Below are positions 1-7,286 of a DNA stretch of 64,000 nucleotides, in pieces (within the stretch, counting starts at the first letter, position 1; each line of letters begins with the position of its first letter). A model generated the notes under the pieces. It ran no database searches and was not told where the DNA came from. It saw nothing but the letters and a program-made list of their open reading frames with translations. Made by a program: the position numbers and the translations under genes. The stretch is from Escherichia phage vB_EcoM_ACG-C40: the sequence record NC_019399.1; one strand, written 5' to 3'.

Positions 1-311
1 CAATGGCAATTTCTGAACATCTCATGCTCTACTGGAATCGTATAATAAAATAACTGTAAGTCTTTATTACTAGAATATTTAAATACACCTAGGTCTTCTA
101 GAAGGTCTGGATTATAATTGCTAAAACCGGTCTCTTCTAAGCATTCTCTTTTTGCAGCTTCCAGTGCATTCAAATCAGAACTTTCTACACGTCCCTTTGG
201 AATATCCCAGCGATGTGCCATCATTCCAGGCTTACGAGAACCAGTAACCCGACCCATAAATAAATCTTTATCTTCTGTCATGAAGATAATACCAGCTGAT
301 AATGTTTTCAT
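1..311 (-). CDS. nudE: Nudix hydrolase NudE, N-terminal part (3' end lies beyond window start)
   Basis: ATG at 311 on minus strand; Nudix-box-like GRVESSDLNALEAAKRECLEETG; start overlaps stop of 308..796 (ATGA). Confidence 0.65.
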   Translation of the reverse strand, partial: MKTLSAGIIFMTEDKDLFMGRVTGSRKPGMMAHRWDIPKGRVESSDLNALEAAKRECLEETGFSNYNPDLLEDLGVFKYSSNKDLQLFYYTIPVEHEMFRNCH

Positions 312-796
312 TTTAATTTCCTGCATTCAGTGATAAAGTTATTTAAATTTTGAGTATATTTCTTTTCATCAAAAATCTTTTGTTGTCTGCGTAGCCGCCA
401 TGGCATTTCAATGAACGTGTACCATATCCCAGATAATATTGATGCTGTAAAAATATTAACAAGTATGGTTAAAAGAATCCAATCTCCCGTTCTGTCTACT
501 GGACTTTCTCCAAAGAAGCAAAATACAAATGATGTCACAGGAAAACTAATAATATACCACAGAATCATAATCTTATCTGTGAACCAATCAGTGTTCGTTA
601 ACTTAGCACGACCATTTTGAATACACACGAATTTATCATCTGTTACAGTAGATGGCTTAACTGCTTGATATCCCATTCTAAACTCCCTAATCAGCAAATT
701 TTTCATATCTTCGGAACAGCCATTCCAGTCAACTCTATCAACTGAAATGCCATCATCCCCATCATCTAAATCATACCAGCGAGTTTTTAAAATCAT
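308..796 (-). CDS. membrane protein, paralog A (soluble N-domain + 2 predicted TM helices + basic C-tail)
   Basis: 162-aa ORF; hydrophobic segments IMILWYIISFPVTSFVFCFFG and WILLTILVNIFTASILSGIWYTF; C-tail ...NNFITECRKLK resembles tails of the next two genes. Confidence 0.6.
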   Translation of the reverse strand: MILKTRWYDLDDGDDGISVDRVDWNGCSEDMKNLLIREFRMGYQAVKPSTVTDDKFVCIQNGRAKLTNTDWFTDKIMILWYIISFPVTSFVFCFFGESPVDRTGDWILLTILVNIFTASILSGIWYTFIEMPWRLRRQQKIFDEKKYTQNLNNFITECRKLK

Positions 797-1167
797 TTGA
801 TTTTCCTACAATCATTCACGAATTCTTTCATTGATTCATTTTCAATATAAGACATGTAGTTATTATATTCTTTTAATTGTATTTTGTAATCCTTTTTTCT
901 TTGCCAATTTATTTTAAAATTATCATAATGAAAATATAAAATAATACCAAAGAATGAAAATAATGAAATCGCTATAGTATAATGAAGTTCACTCCAAACT
1001 TCTATTATATCTACTATACCGCTGACATTACTGCGGATGTTTAAAATAATACAGTCAATCATTAATCCAATAAGACTACCCGCAAGAGCTGCAGCCAACG
1101 CCACAGCAAAAATTAAAAATGACTCAGAAAACGAATATTTGACTTTATTTAGTTTTGGCTTTTGCAT
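793..1167 (-). CDS. membrane protein, paralog B (2 predicted TM helices + basic C-tail)
   Basis: 124-aa ORF; TM-like LIFAVALAAALAGSLIGLMI and AISLFSFFGIILYF; C-tail ...EFVNDCRKIK; ATGA overlap with downstream gene. Confidence 0.6.
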   Translation of the reverse strand: MQKPKLNKVKYSFSESFLIFAVALAAALAGSLIGLMIDCIILNIRSNVSGIVDIIEVWSELHYTIAISLFSFFGIILYFHYDNFKINWQRKKDYKIQLKEYNNYMSYIENESMKEFVNDCRKIK

Positions 1168-1541
1168 CGTGATTCCTTAACAAATTTCATAATTTCATCA
1201 AATTCATACGCGGCAAGTTTAAGCTGATGTTCCTTTTTAATCTTTTTACACTGTGCTTTCCAATCACGTACACGTTTACGATAATGTCTTCCTTGATACC
1301 AATATCCTATCCAATTTACAGGTACTAATAAAAGTGGAACTATTAATGGAAGAATTAGCATTAACACAAGTATTTCGCCAGAATCAATATCAGTCATAAC
1401 ATCTAAAACACCTCCAATAATCAATAGAATTACAAATGATATGAGTATAACAGGACCTATTAACACATCAGTAGAAATTATCTGACGCTTTGGTTCATAC
1501 TTCACAGGTTTACTTGGAAGGTATAGTGATGGTTTTGACAT
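1149..1541 (-). CDS. membrane protein, paralog C (2 predicted TM helices + basic C-tail)
   Basis: ORF 1149..1562; likely start is ATG at 1541 (MSKPSL...) 12 nt after TAAGGAA; C-tail ...KFVKESRCK. Confidence 0.55.
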   Translation of the reverse strand: MSKPSLYLPSKPVKYEPKRQIISTDVLIGPVILISFVILLIIGGVLDVMTDIDSGEILVLMLILPLIVPLLLVPVNWIGYWYQGRHYRKRVRDWKAQCKKIKKEHQLKLAAYEFDEIMKFVKESRCKSQN

Positions 1542-2124
1542 ATTCTCTACATTCCTTAACAAATTTTTCTAGTAATAAATCGCTTTCAAAACTAGGATTT
1601 TCCACGAATTTATCAAAAAGATCATCAACAATAGTTAAGATATTCTTTTTACTAAGAATACGTTTATTTTCATGCTTCGTTTCAGAATCAACTATAAGAG
1701 TAAAGAAATATTTCTTTCCCTGAAATTTTACTGTAGTATCAATATAGAATAAATTTGACTTTTGTAAGTTACGTTTAAACCATGCGTCACTTAAACTATA
1801 AACACCGAGATAATCAAAATCGTCGTTTAAATAACATACTGTCCATTCAGGAGAAATGAAATCAGTAAATTCAACATCAAAATCACACGTCAATGAATGA
1901 ATTGATTCAATACTGTTAATAAGTATTCCAGGACGTATTAAAGACTTTTTACCTCTGGAAAATCTTCCAGAAAGACTTTCATTAGTTTCATATGAAGAAC
2001 CCCAATAATAATTACGCCCTTCTGCCATACGTTTAAGAGCATTTAATAATTGGTCTGGAACATCAACTTGTCTTTGGAATTCTTCAAACATTGAATTGAA
2101 ATCACTTTGCATTTTCATTTTCAT
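1510..2124 (-). CDS. hypothetical protein (204 aa), C-terminus carries the same FVKECR tail motif
   Basis: Intact 204-aa ORF; 3' end overlaps the start region of the next gene. Confidence 0.55.
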   Translation of the reverse strand: MKMKMQSDFNSMFEEFQRQVDVPDQLLNALKRMAEGRNYYWGSSYETNESLSGRFSRGKKSLIRPGILINSIESIHSLTCDFDVEFTDFISPEWTVCYLNDDFDYLGVYSLSDAWFKRNLQKSNLFYIDTTVKFQGKKYFFTLIVDSETKHENKRILSKKNILTIVDDLFDKFVENPSFESDLLLEKFVKECREYVKTITIPSK

Positions 2125-2143
2125 TCCTATTTACTCCAAGTAT

Positions 2144-2161
2144 AAGGGGCCGAAGCCCCTT
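2144..2161 (-). repeat. intercistronic GC hairpin AAGGGGC-CGAA-GCCCCTT, copy 1 of 3
   Basis: Perfect 7-bp stem with tetraloop; identical core at 43093..43110 and 63084..63100, each just 3' of a minus-strand stop codon. Confidence 0.6.
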
Positions 2162-2165
2162 ATCA

Positions 2166-2759
2166 TTATTTCAGAGAATTAATGTATTCCTGAACATCGG
2201 CAGAGGTAGTTTCAACCCCAGAAATATTACCGTTAAAGGTTTCAACTCGAGCAAGGGTATCTTCAATATCAACCTTAGTCAGTGCTGCAATTTCAACTAC
2301 ATCATCAGCAGTACTAATTCCAAGGGCATTTGCTGCACGAGTTTCACGGATATATTCCAATTTAACCGCAAGTTCTTGACGAGCATCATCTAACTCAACT
2401 ACTTTCTTGGCGATTTCAATTCGCATTTCAGCATAACCGTCAGCCTTAGTAGTCAACTGCTCAGCTGTTCGACGATATAGCAAACCGAGTTTAGCATGCA
2501 TTGTTACATCTTGGCCTTCGGAAAGAAGTTTACGAATTTCACGCTCTTTTGATTCGGCCTGTCGATTCTTTTCGATAACAAGTTCACGAATACGTTTTTC
2601 TTCGTTAATAGATTTAACAGAAGCAGTTTTTAGATCTTTAATTTTATCAAGTAGTTTTGCTGCTGCGGCAGTATACTGTTCTTCGACAGATAGATTTTTA
2701 GCCATAGCAGAACCAAGTTTAGTGCGAATAAACTCAACAATTTTCTTCAGTGTGTTCAT
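2166..2759 (-). CDS. hypothetical coiled-coil protein (197 aa); weak PspA/IM30-like character
   Basis: Intact ORF rich in heptad-like E/K/R/L/A segments; family assignment is a guess. Confidence 0.5.
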   Translation of the reverse strand: MNTLKKIVEFIRTKLGSAMAKNLSVEEQYTAAAAKLLDKIKDLKTASVKSINEEKRIRELVIEKNRQAESKEREIRKLLSEGQDVTMHAKLGLLYRRTAEQLTTKADGYAEMRIEIAKKVVELDDARQELAVKLEYIRETRAANALGISTADDVVEIAALTKVDIEDTLARVETFNGNISGVETTSADVQEYINSLK

Positions 2760-2825
2760 AGTATTTCCTTAGGTTGATTAAGATTTAAAATCCGTAAAAG
2801 TAGTATTATACTCTATCATCAAGTT

Positions 2826-2863
2826 ACAGGCTCATAATATCTCAATCATGAGCCTGTGTAAAC
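2826..2863 (-). promoter_or_regulatory. early-promoter stem-loop (PeSL-like): GTTTAC -35 box followed by inverted repeat enclosing a -10-like TATTAT
   Basis: Minus strand reads GTTTAC-ACAGGCTCAT-GATTGAGATATT-ATGAGCCTGT; upstream of 2166..2759. Confidence 0.5.
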
Positions 2864-3190
2864 TTATTTCATATTATTGAAATATTCTTCAGCAATTTCA
2901 TCATTATCATGATAAACTTTAGAAGACAGTTTAACATAACTTTCAGCAGTGAACATGTTAATCACAACCTTTACAGTATACCACTGACCGTCTTCATTAC
3001 CCATTACTGCATAAGTTTCAAACATCGGATGGTCAGGACCGATAACTTTAATATCATTCACTGTACGACCGAAATCTTCTGAAACACATTTCATAAAGAA
3101 GTTGAACAGCTCACCGTAATTATCCATTTCATTCTCCAAGTTGTTTTCTGTATCAGTAGTTGATAGTTGTATAGTACCATGGAAGGACAA
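2864..3190 (-). CDS. hypothetical acidic protein (108 aa)
   Basis: Intact ORF with ATG start at 3190. Confidence 0.5.
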   Translation of the reverse strand: MSFHGTIQLSTTDTENNLENEMDNYGELFNFFMKCVSEDFGRTVNDIKVIGPDHPMFETYAVMGNEDGQWYTVKVVINMFTAESYVKLSSKVYHDNDEIAEEYFNNMK

Positions 3191-3333
3191 GGATGTAAAC
3201 CGTTTTGTGAAAAAATTTTTAAAAAGTTTTGGGGAATTCTAGGGCAGGGAGGGGAAATCAAAGGATAGGATAATATATTATAAAGGGTAGAAACTAAATG
3301 ATGTCTAGAGAGGCCTGGAAAGGCCTAGATACC

Positions 3334-3360
3334 AAAAAGCCCCAACCTTTCGGTTGGGGC
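3334..3360 (-). terminator. rho-independent terminator (minus strand)
   Basis: Minus strand GCCCCAACC-GAAA-GGTTGGGGC followed by TTTTT. Confidence 0.65.
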
Positions 3361-3364
3361 TAAG

Positions 3365-3673
3365 CCTTGCGGCAACCTTGTCGGGGTTCCACCTGCTAAG
3401 GCAAGTGTTTGTACGAAACGCCGGGATTCGAACCCGGTTATTAAGCAGTTGACGCTACTCAATATTTTTTAAAAGGCCATATCTCGACCATATCCGAACG
3501 TTCCGTCAAAAACGCTACTCGGCTTACGGCAAAGATATTTCCTCGAATCGATAATTCGGTGCGCCGTTTCTGCTGTGATGTAAGGGGACATTAACAAAAC
3601 ATAAAGATTTATTAATGCCAGTCCTTAAACAGGGAACATCAGTCCGACGACTTACCGGTAGCGACCCGGTTTC
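3365..3673 (-). ncRNA. candidate small stable RNA region downstream of tRNA-Arg
   Basis: About 300 nt with no ORF, a tRNA-like T-arm (CCGGG-TTCGAAT-CCCGG on minus strand), duplicated GAGTAGCGT motif, ends at terminator 3334..3360. Confidence 0.25.
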
Positions 3674-4024
3674 TTAATATTCTTTTAAAGCATCAATCTG
3701 TTCACGGCGTTTACGCCATAAATCAATTGCTTCATACGCAGATTCAGCATTTCGAATTAGCCGGCATTTATGTAAAGACTTATGATTTTGATATTGTGTA
3801 GATAATGGAATTGTATCTAAAAGGTCTTTACGATCAAAGTATTCGTAACCATCTAAACCAAATGAACGATTTTTGAGAAATTGCCAATGGCCAAATTCAT
3901 TTTCAACATAAACATAATCTGCATGCTGATAAAGTAAATTAATTACACGTTCAGAAATAGCAGTATCATTATGATTAAAATAGAATGTTAAATCATGAAC
4001 TACTAAATAAACATTACCTTTCAT
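3674..4024 (-). CDS. hypothetical protein (116 aa)
   Basis: Intact ORF immediately 3' of the tRNA cluster. Confidence 0.5.
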   Translation of the reverse strand: MKGNVYLVVHDLTFYFNHNDTAISERVINLLYQHADYVYVENEFGHWQFLKNRSFGLDGYEYFDRKDLLDTIPLSTQYQNHKSLHKCRLIRNAESAYEAIDLWRKRREQIDALKEY

Positions 4025-4042
4025 ATTTTCCTCACTTATAAT

Positions 4043-4118
4043 TGGTCGAGGCAGTAGGGATCGAACCTACGACCCAGGACTTAGAAGGTCCTTGCTCTTC
4101 CTTCTGAGCTATGCCCCG
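4043..4118 (-). tRNA. tRNA-Arg (anticodon UCU)
   Basis: 76-nt cloverleaf folded by hand; anticodon loop CTTCTAA; T-loop TTCGATC; encoded CCA. Confidence 0.8.
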
Positions 4119-4122
4119 TAAT

Positions 4123-4198
4123 TGGGGTGACCGATGGGAGTCGAACCCATGACTACGAGAATCACAATCTCGAGTTCTACCAACTGAACTACGGCCAC
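4123..4198 (-). tRNA. tRNA-His (anticodon GUG)
   Basis: 76 nt; acceptor GTGGCCG/CGGTCAC; anticodon loop TTGTGAT; discriminator C; CCA encoded; no encoded G-1. Confidence 0.7.
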
Positions 4199-4312
4199 AT
4201 TAATACCTACTCCAACAATCATGATGTCTTCACACGAAATTAAGAGAAGAGTGATCAGTTCAACCCCTATAATCGCGTCAAGTAGATATTAATGTGACAG
4301 TTGTCACAAATT

Positions 4313-4387
4313 TGGCGGACGTGATAGGATTCGAACCTATAACCAATCGCTTAACAGGCGATCGCTCTGCCATTGAGCTACACATCC
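4313..4387 (-). tRNA. tRNA-Asn (anticodon GUU)
   Basis: 75 nt; anticodon stem ATCGC/GCGAT, loop CTGTTAA; discriminator G; CCA encoded. Confidence 0.75.
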
Positions 4388-4391
4388 AAAT

Positions 4392-4478
4392 TGGTGGGGA
4401 GTGATGGAGTCGAACCACCCGAGTCGCAATGACAATGAATTTACAGTCCACACCGCTACCTCTACGGGATAACTCCCC
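4392..4478 (-). tRNA. tRNA-Tyr (anticodon GUA), long variable arm
   Basis: 87 nt; anticodon loop CTGTAAA; T-arm GGTGG-TTCGACT-CCATC; discriminator A; CCA encoded. Confidence 0.7.
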
Positions 4479-4490
4479 TAATTCATAATT

Positions 4491-4565
4491 TGGTGGCCCT
4501 GGGTGGAATTGAACCACCATCTGGCGATTATGAGTCGCTTGCTTGAACCTTCCAGCTACAGGGCC
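4491..4565 (-). tRNA. tRNA with CAU anticodon (Met, or Ile if lysidine-modified)
   Basis: 75 nt; anticodon loop CTCATAA; T-arm GGTGG-TTCAATT-CCACC; CCA encoded. Confidence 0.7.
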
Positions 4566-4566
4566 T

Positions 4567-4642
4567 TGGTGCTGATTGACGGAATCGAACCGCCGACCTT
4601 CTCATTACAAGTGAGTTGCTCTACCTACTGAGCTAAATCAGC
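4567..4642 (-). tRNA. tRNA-Thr (anticodon UGU)
   Basis: 76 nt; D-arm GCTC-AGTAGGTA-GAGC; anticodon loop CTTGTAA; CCA encoded. Confidence 0.8.
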
Positions 4643-4647
4643 AAAAC

Positions 4648-4737
4648 TGGCGGAGGCGATAGGATTTGAACCTATGAGTCGCCGGAGCGACTGCCGGTTT
4701 TCAAGACCGGTGCATTAAACCACTCTGCCACACCTCC
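4648..4737 (-). tRNA. tRNA-Ser (anticodon UGA), long variable arm
   Basis: 90 nt; anticodon stem CCGGT/ACCGG, loop CTTGAAA; CCA encoded. Confidence 0.8.
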
Positions 4738-4739
4738 AG

Positions 4740-4813
4740 TCTCCATACAAGGATTTGAACCTTGGACCTCCTGATCCCAAATCAGGCGCTCTACCAAACT
4801 GAGCTACACGGAG
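4740..4813 (-). tRNA. tRNA-Pro (anticodon UGG), CCA not encoded
   Basis: 74 nt; anticodon stem CCTGA/TCAGG, loop TTTGGGA; T-arm CAAGG-TTCAAAT-CCTTG. Confidence 0.75.
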
Positions 4814-4823
4814 TAAATTGAAT

Positions 4824-4897
<74 letters not shown>

Positions 4898-4902
4898 AAA
4901 TT

Positions 4903-4989
4903 TGGTGCGAGAAGTGGGACTCGAACCCACAAGGAAATCATTCCGCAGCATTTTAAGTGCTGTGCCTTTACCAATTTGACCATTCTCGC
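4903..4989 (-). tRNA. tRNA-Leu (anticodon UAA), long variable arm
   Basis: 87 nt; anticodon stem CAGCA/TGCTG, loop CTTAAAA; CCA encoded. Confidence 0.8.
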
Positions 4990-4995
4990 GTTATA

Positions 4996-5628
4996 TTATT
5001 TATTACGTGAAAAAGACTGTTCTATCAATTCTGGACACTTTCGTTCTATCCATTTTCTAGCTTTTTGTGGGCTTATACCTATTATTTTAGCAGCTTTACT
5101 AACCCATCCAAATTTAGAATAATCGATTTTAACTAATTCTTCGTAAATTTCATCAGTTAAAATCTTTTCATTAATATTTACCAGTAAATGATATAATTTG
5201 TTATCATTAGCAATTTTAATGAATCTTTTATAGTTTCCGCCTTTACTTAAACCTAATGAAGTAATTGCAGATGATATAGTAGCCGAATTTAATAATGCGT
5301 TTAAAATTTCTTCATCACTAACATTATAACGCTTTTTATTATTTTTAATATTTTTACCAGCAAAAGTATCAGTTTGCGAATGACAGTTTGGACATAATAA
5401 TCTTAAATTTGATTTAAGATGATTTTTGTTATTTCCATCAATATGGTCTAATTGTAGAACAATATGCTTATTTTGCCATTTTGAAATTTTACAAATTGCA
5501 CACTCATATGGAAAAATATTTTCTTTTATTATTTTGTCTTTTAGCTTTCCTGTACTAAAATTTGGATGTTTTCCTTCAAAAATTTCAGCTAATTTAGTAT
5601 CCATAATATGATTCCCAATTATTAACAA
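4996..5628 (-). CDS. HNH homing endonuclease with C-terminal helix-turn-helix-like DNA-binding region
   Basis: Zinc-finger HNH motif CAICK...LQLDHIDGNNKNH...NLRLLCPNCH; ORF start at 5628 is TTG, first ATG is at 5604. Confidence 0.75.
   Translation of the reverse strand: MLIIGNHIMDTKLAEIFEGKHPNFSTGKLKDKIIKENIFPYECAICKISKWQNKHIVLQLDHIDGNNKNHLKSNLRLLCPNCHSQTDTFAGKNIKNNKKRYNVSDEEILNALLNSATISSAITSLGLSKGGNYKRFIKIANDNKLYHLLVNINEKILTDEIYEELVKIDYSKFGWVSKAAKIIGISPQKARKWIERKCPELIEQSFSRNK
4996..5628 (-). mobile_element. freestanding homing-endonuclease gene abutting the 5' end of the tRNA cluster
   Basis: HNH ORF ends 6 nt from tRNA-Leu. Confidence 0.5.
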
Positions 5629-5714
5629 AGGCTCTCAAGCAAGAACCCTTGATGATAGAGGGTATTAATCAGTGCGGTATGAGTTAATAATAACAAATAA
5701 TTCTTAAAGCATAT

Positions 5715-6002
5715 TTACCATTTATGATGATACATACTTACGATGCATTCAAGACCCAAAGGATTCTTGAAAATATCATATTCAAGAGGACCTTTTTCTG
5801 TTTCAATAAAGAAATCAAAATTTACTGTATTAAATTTACGGTCTTCCTTTACTAATTTAACTTGAGAAGATGAACGGTCAATGTAAACCTTTTCAACTTC
5901 AAAACATGTTAAAATGCCATAATCATCAATCAAGGCTTTAGCTGCATCTTGATCATATTTATATCCATTTTCAATGGATGATACTTTAGCATAAAGAATC
6001 AT
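5715..6002 (-). CDS. hypothetical protein (95 aa)
   Basis: Intact ORF; last gene of a tightly packed three-gene set 5715..6588. Confidence 0.5.
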   Translation of the reverse strand: MILYAKVSSIENGYKYDQDAAKALIDDYGILTCFEVEKVYIDRSSSQVKLVKEDRKFNTVNFDFFIETEKGPLEYDIFKNPLGLECIVSMYHHKW

Positions 6003-6004
6003 TA

Positions 6005-6403
6005 TCAGCCTTCATCAACAATAGTGTGAGTATTAGCATTTACGATTTGCCACCAATCAAAGCGATTAGAATCCATCGGTTTGTTTTCATTTTCTTTGAT
6101 AATGTCACGGAGTTCATCTTCAGAGAATGCTTTAGCAATTAAATCGGTATACCCACCACGGGGATAATAATTATCACCTGCAAACAAAAGGAAATTTACC
6201 TTCCCGGAAGCAACATATGCTTCCTTAGGATACTTGTTTCCTGCGTGGTCAACCACTTCAATATAACGGTAAGGAATATCGGTTCTTTCAACCCATTGCC
6301 ATGCCGCCGCAGGGGAATCGAAAGCATCTACACCTAAACGATTATCTTCATCTTTAGACGGATTATTTTCGTAATCCGCATATACATAATATTCAACGTT
6401 CAT
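6005..6403 (-). CDS. hypothetical protein (132 aa)
   Basis: Intact ORF; start overlaps stop of 6403..6588 (ATGA). Confidence 0.5.
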   Translation of the reverse strand: MNVEYYVYADYENNPSKDEDNRLGVDAFDSPAAAWQWVERTDIPYRYIEVVDHAGNKYPKEAYVASGKVNFLLFAGDNYYPRGGYTDLIAKAFSEDELRDIIKENENKPMDSNRFDWWQIVNANTHTIVDEG

Positions 6404-6588
6404 TATTCACCTTTAGAAATTTTATCCATAACAATAGCAATTAAACCAATTAAAAATGCTACTACAAGTGAAAACACATTTTCTGCTGTAGTCAATAATC
6501 CACATATAAATCCAACAAACATTGAAAAACTAAAAGCGGAAGCAGAAATTGCAATAGCAACATTTCGAATTAATTCACAACGTTTCAT
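6403..6588 (-). CDS. small hydrophobic membrane protein (61 aa)
   Basis: Two hydrophobic segments (VAIAISASAFSFSMFVGFICGLL, FSLVVAFLIGLIAIVM); preceded by a PeSL-like promoter. Confidence 0.5.
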   Translation of the reverse strand: MKRCELIRNVAIAISASAFSFSMFVGFICGLLTTAENVFSLVVAFLIGLIAIVMDKISKGE

Positions 6589-6607
6589 TTTATTCTCCTC
6601 AGTAGTA

Positions 6608-6646
6608 GATAGGGTAATAGTATCACTACCCTATCTAAAAGTAAAC
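6608..6646 (-). promoter_or_regulatory. early-promoter stem-loop (PeSL-like)
   Basis: Minus strand GTTTAC-TTTTA-GATAGGGTA-GTGATACTAT-TACCCTATC; -10-like TACTAT in the loop. Confidence 0.55.
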
Positions 6647-6880
6647 TTATTTTTTACGAAAAATTGATTTATTTTCTGCTGCCCATTTTTCAATAACTGC
6701 AGCAGGACCAGTAACAACAATTTTATCACCGTAATCTTCTGCGGCGAGTTGACCGAAATTATCTAATGCATCACGAAGAACTCCATGAGGCATTTCACCC
6801 ATTTTATCTTTCTTGCCAGTGTAAATAAACTCAACTTTTACATCAGCAGTTTCAGCAATAAATTCTTGGTAAGTTTTCAT
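6647..6880 (-). CDS. internal head protein with capsid-targeting leader (MKTYQEFIAE)
   Basis: ORF 6647..6892; leader matches the T4 internal-protein targeting sequence as I recall it, so start placed at ATG 6880. Confidence 0.65.
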   Translation of the reverse strand: MKTYQEFIAETADVKVEFIYTGKKDKMGEMPHGVLRDALDNFGQLAAEDYGDKIVVTGPAAVIEKWAAENKSIFRKK

Positions 6881-6904
6881 TTTGATTTCCATTTGGTTTT
6901 GTTT

Positions 6905-6944
6905 TGATAGGGTAATAGTATCACAACTAAAACCCTATGTAAAC
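6905..6944 (-). promoter_or_regulatory. early-promoter stem-loop (PeSL-like)
   Basis: Minus strand GTTTAC-ATAGGGT...TACTAT...ACCCTAT; flanking sequence near-identical to the copy at 7246..7284. Confidence 0.55.
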
Positions 6945-6956
6945 AACTTTGTGAAA

Positions 6957-7214
6957 TTATTTTAAATCTTCTAATCGTTTCTTCATCTTAGAACCATTTT
7001 TAGCAATTTCTCCTGCATCGGAGCATAATGCTAAAAGTGCTTTAACTTTAGTTTGGTCTCCTTTAAAAGATGAAGGATCGACCGCAGCAGCAAGTTCTTT
7101 AATACGAGAGAAAAGACGCTCAGCTTCAGCTAAAGCCATTCCAAGCTTTACTTCCATACCGTGGGAAGATTCAGTGATAGTAGTTTTTGTAGCAAACTCT
7201 TTGAAAGTTTTCAT
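6957..7214 (-). CDS. internal head protein candidate with variant capsid-targeting leader (MKTFKEFATK...ITE)
   Basis: 85-aa ORF; leader resembles MKTYQEF; candidate gp21 cleavage site after ITE. Confidence 0.55.
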   Translation of the reverse strand: MKTFKEFATKTTITESSHGMEVKLGMALAEAERLFSRIKELAAAVDPSSFKGDQTKVKALLALCSDAGEIAKNGSKMKKRLEDLK

Positions 7215-7245
7215 TTTTATTTTCCTAATTAATTTGATGAGGTAA

Positions 7246-7284
7246 TAGTATCACTACCTCATCAGTATGTAAACAACTTTGTGA
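7246..7284 (-). promoter_or_regulatory. early-promoter stem-loop (PeSL-like)
   Basis: Minus strand GTTTAC-ATACT-GATGAGGTA-GTGATACTAT-TACCTCATCA. Confidence 0.55.
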
Positions 7285-7286
7285 AA

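Noticed and set aside
118-333. 71-aa plus-strand ORF
   Set aside because: It lies antisense to the nudE coding sequence, has no RBS, and is low complexity.
3204-3211. GTTTAC as an early promoter for 2864..3190
   Set aside because: It is only 15 nt from the ATG with no -10 element and no inverted repeat.
5629-5714. MotA-box middle promoter upstream of the HNH gene
   Set aside because: The candidate box TTGCTTGA deviates from the consensus at a key position; too weak to report as a feature.
6608-7284. Possible CRISPR-like array from repeated 40 to 60 nt elements
   Set aside because: The repeats are promoter-plus-hairpin units each sitting upstream of an ORF; the intervening segments are genes, not spacers, and no cas genes are present.
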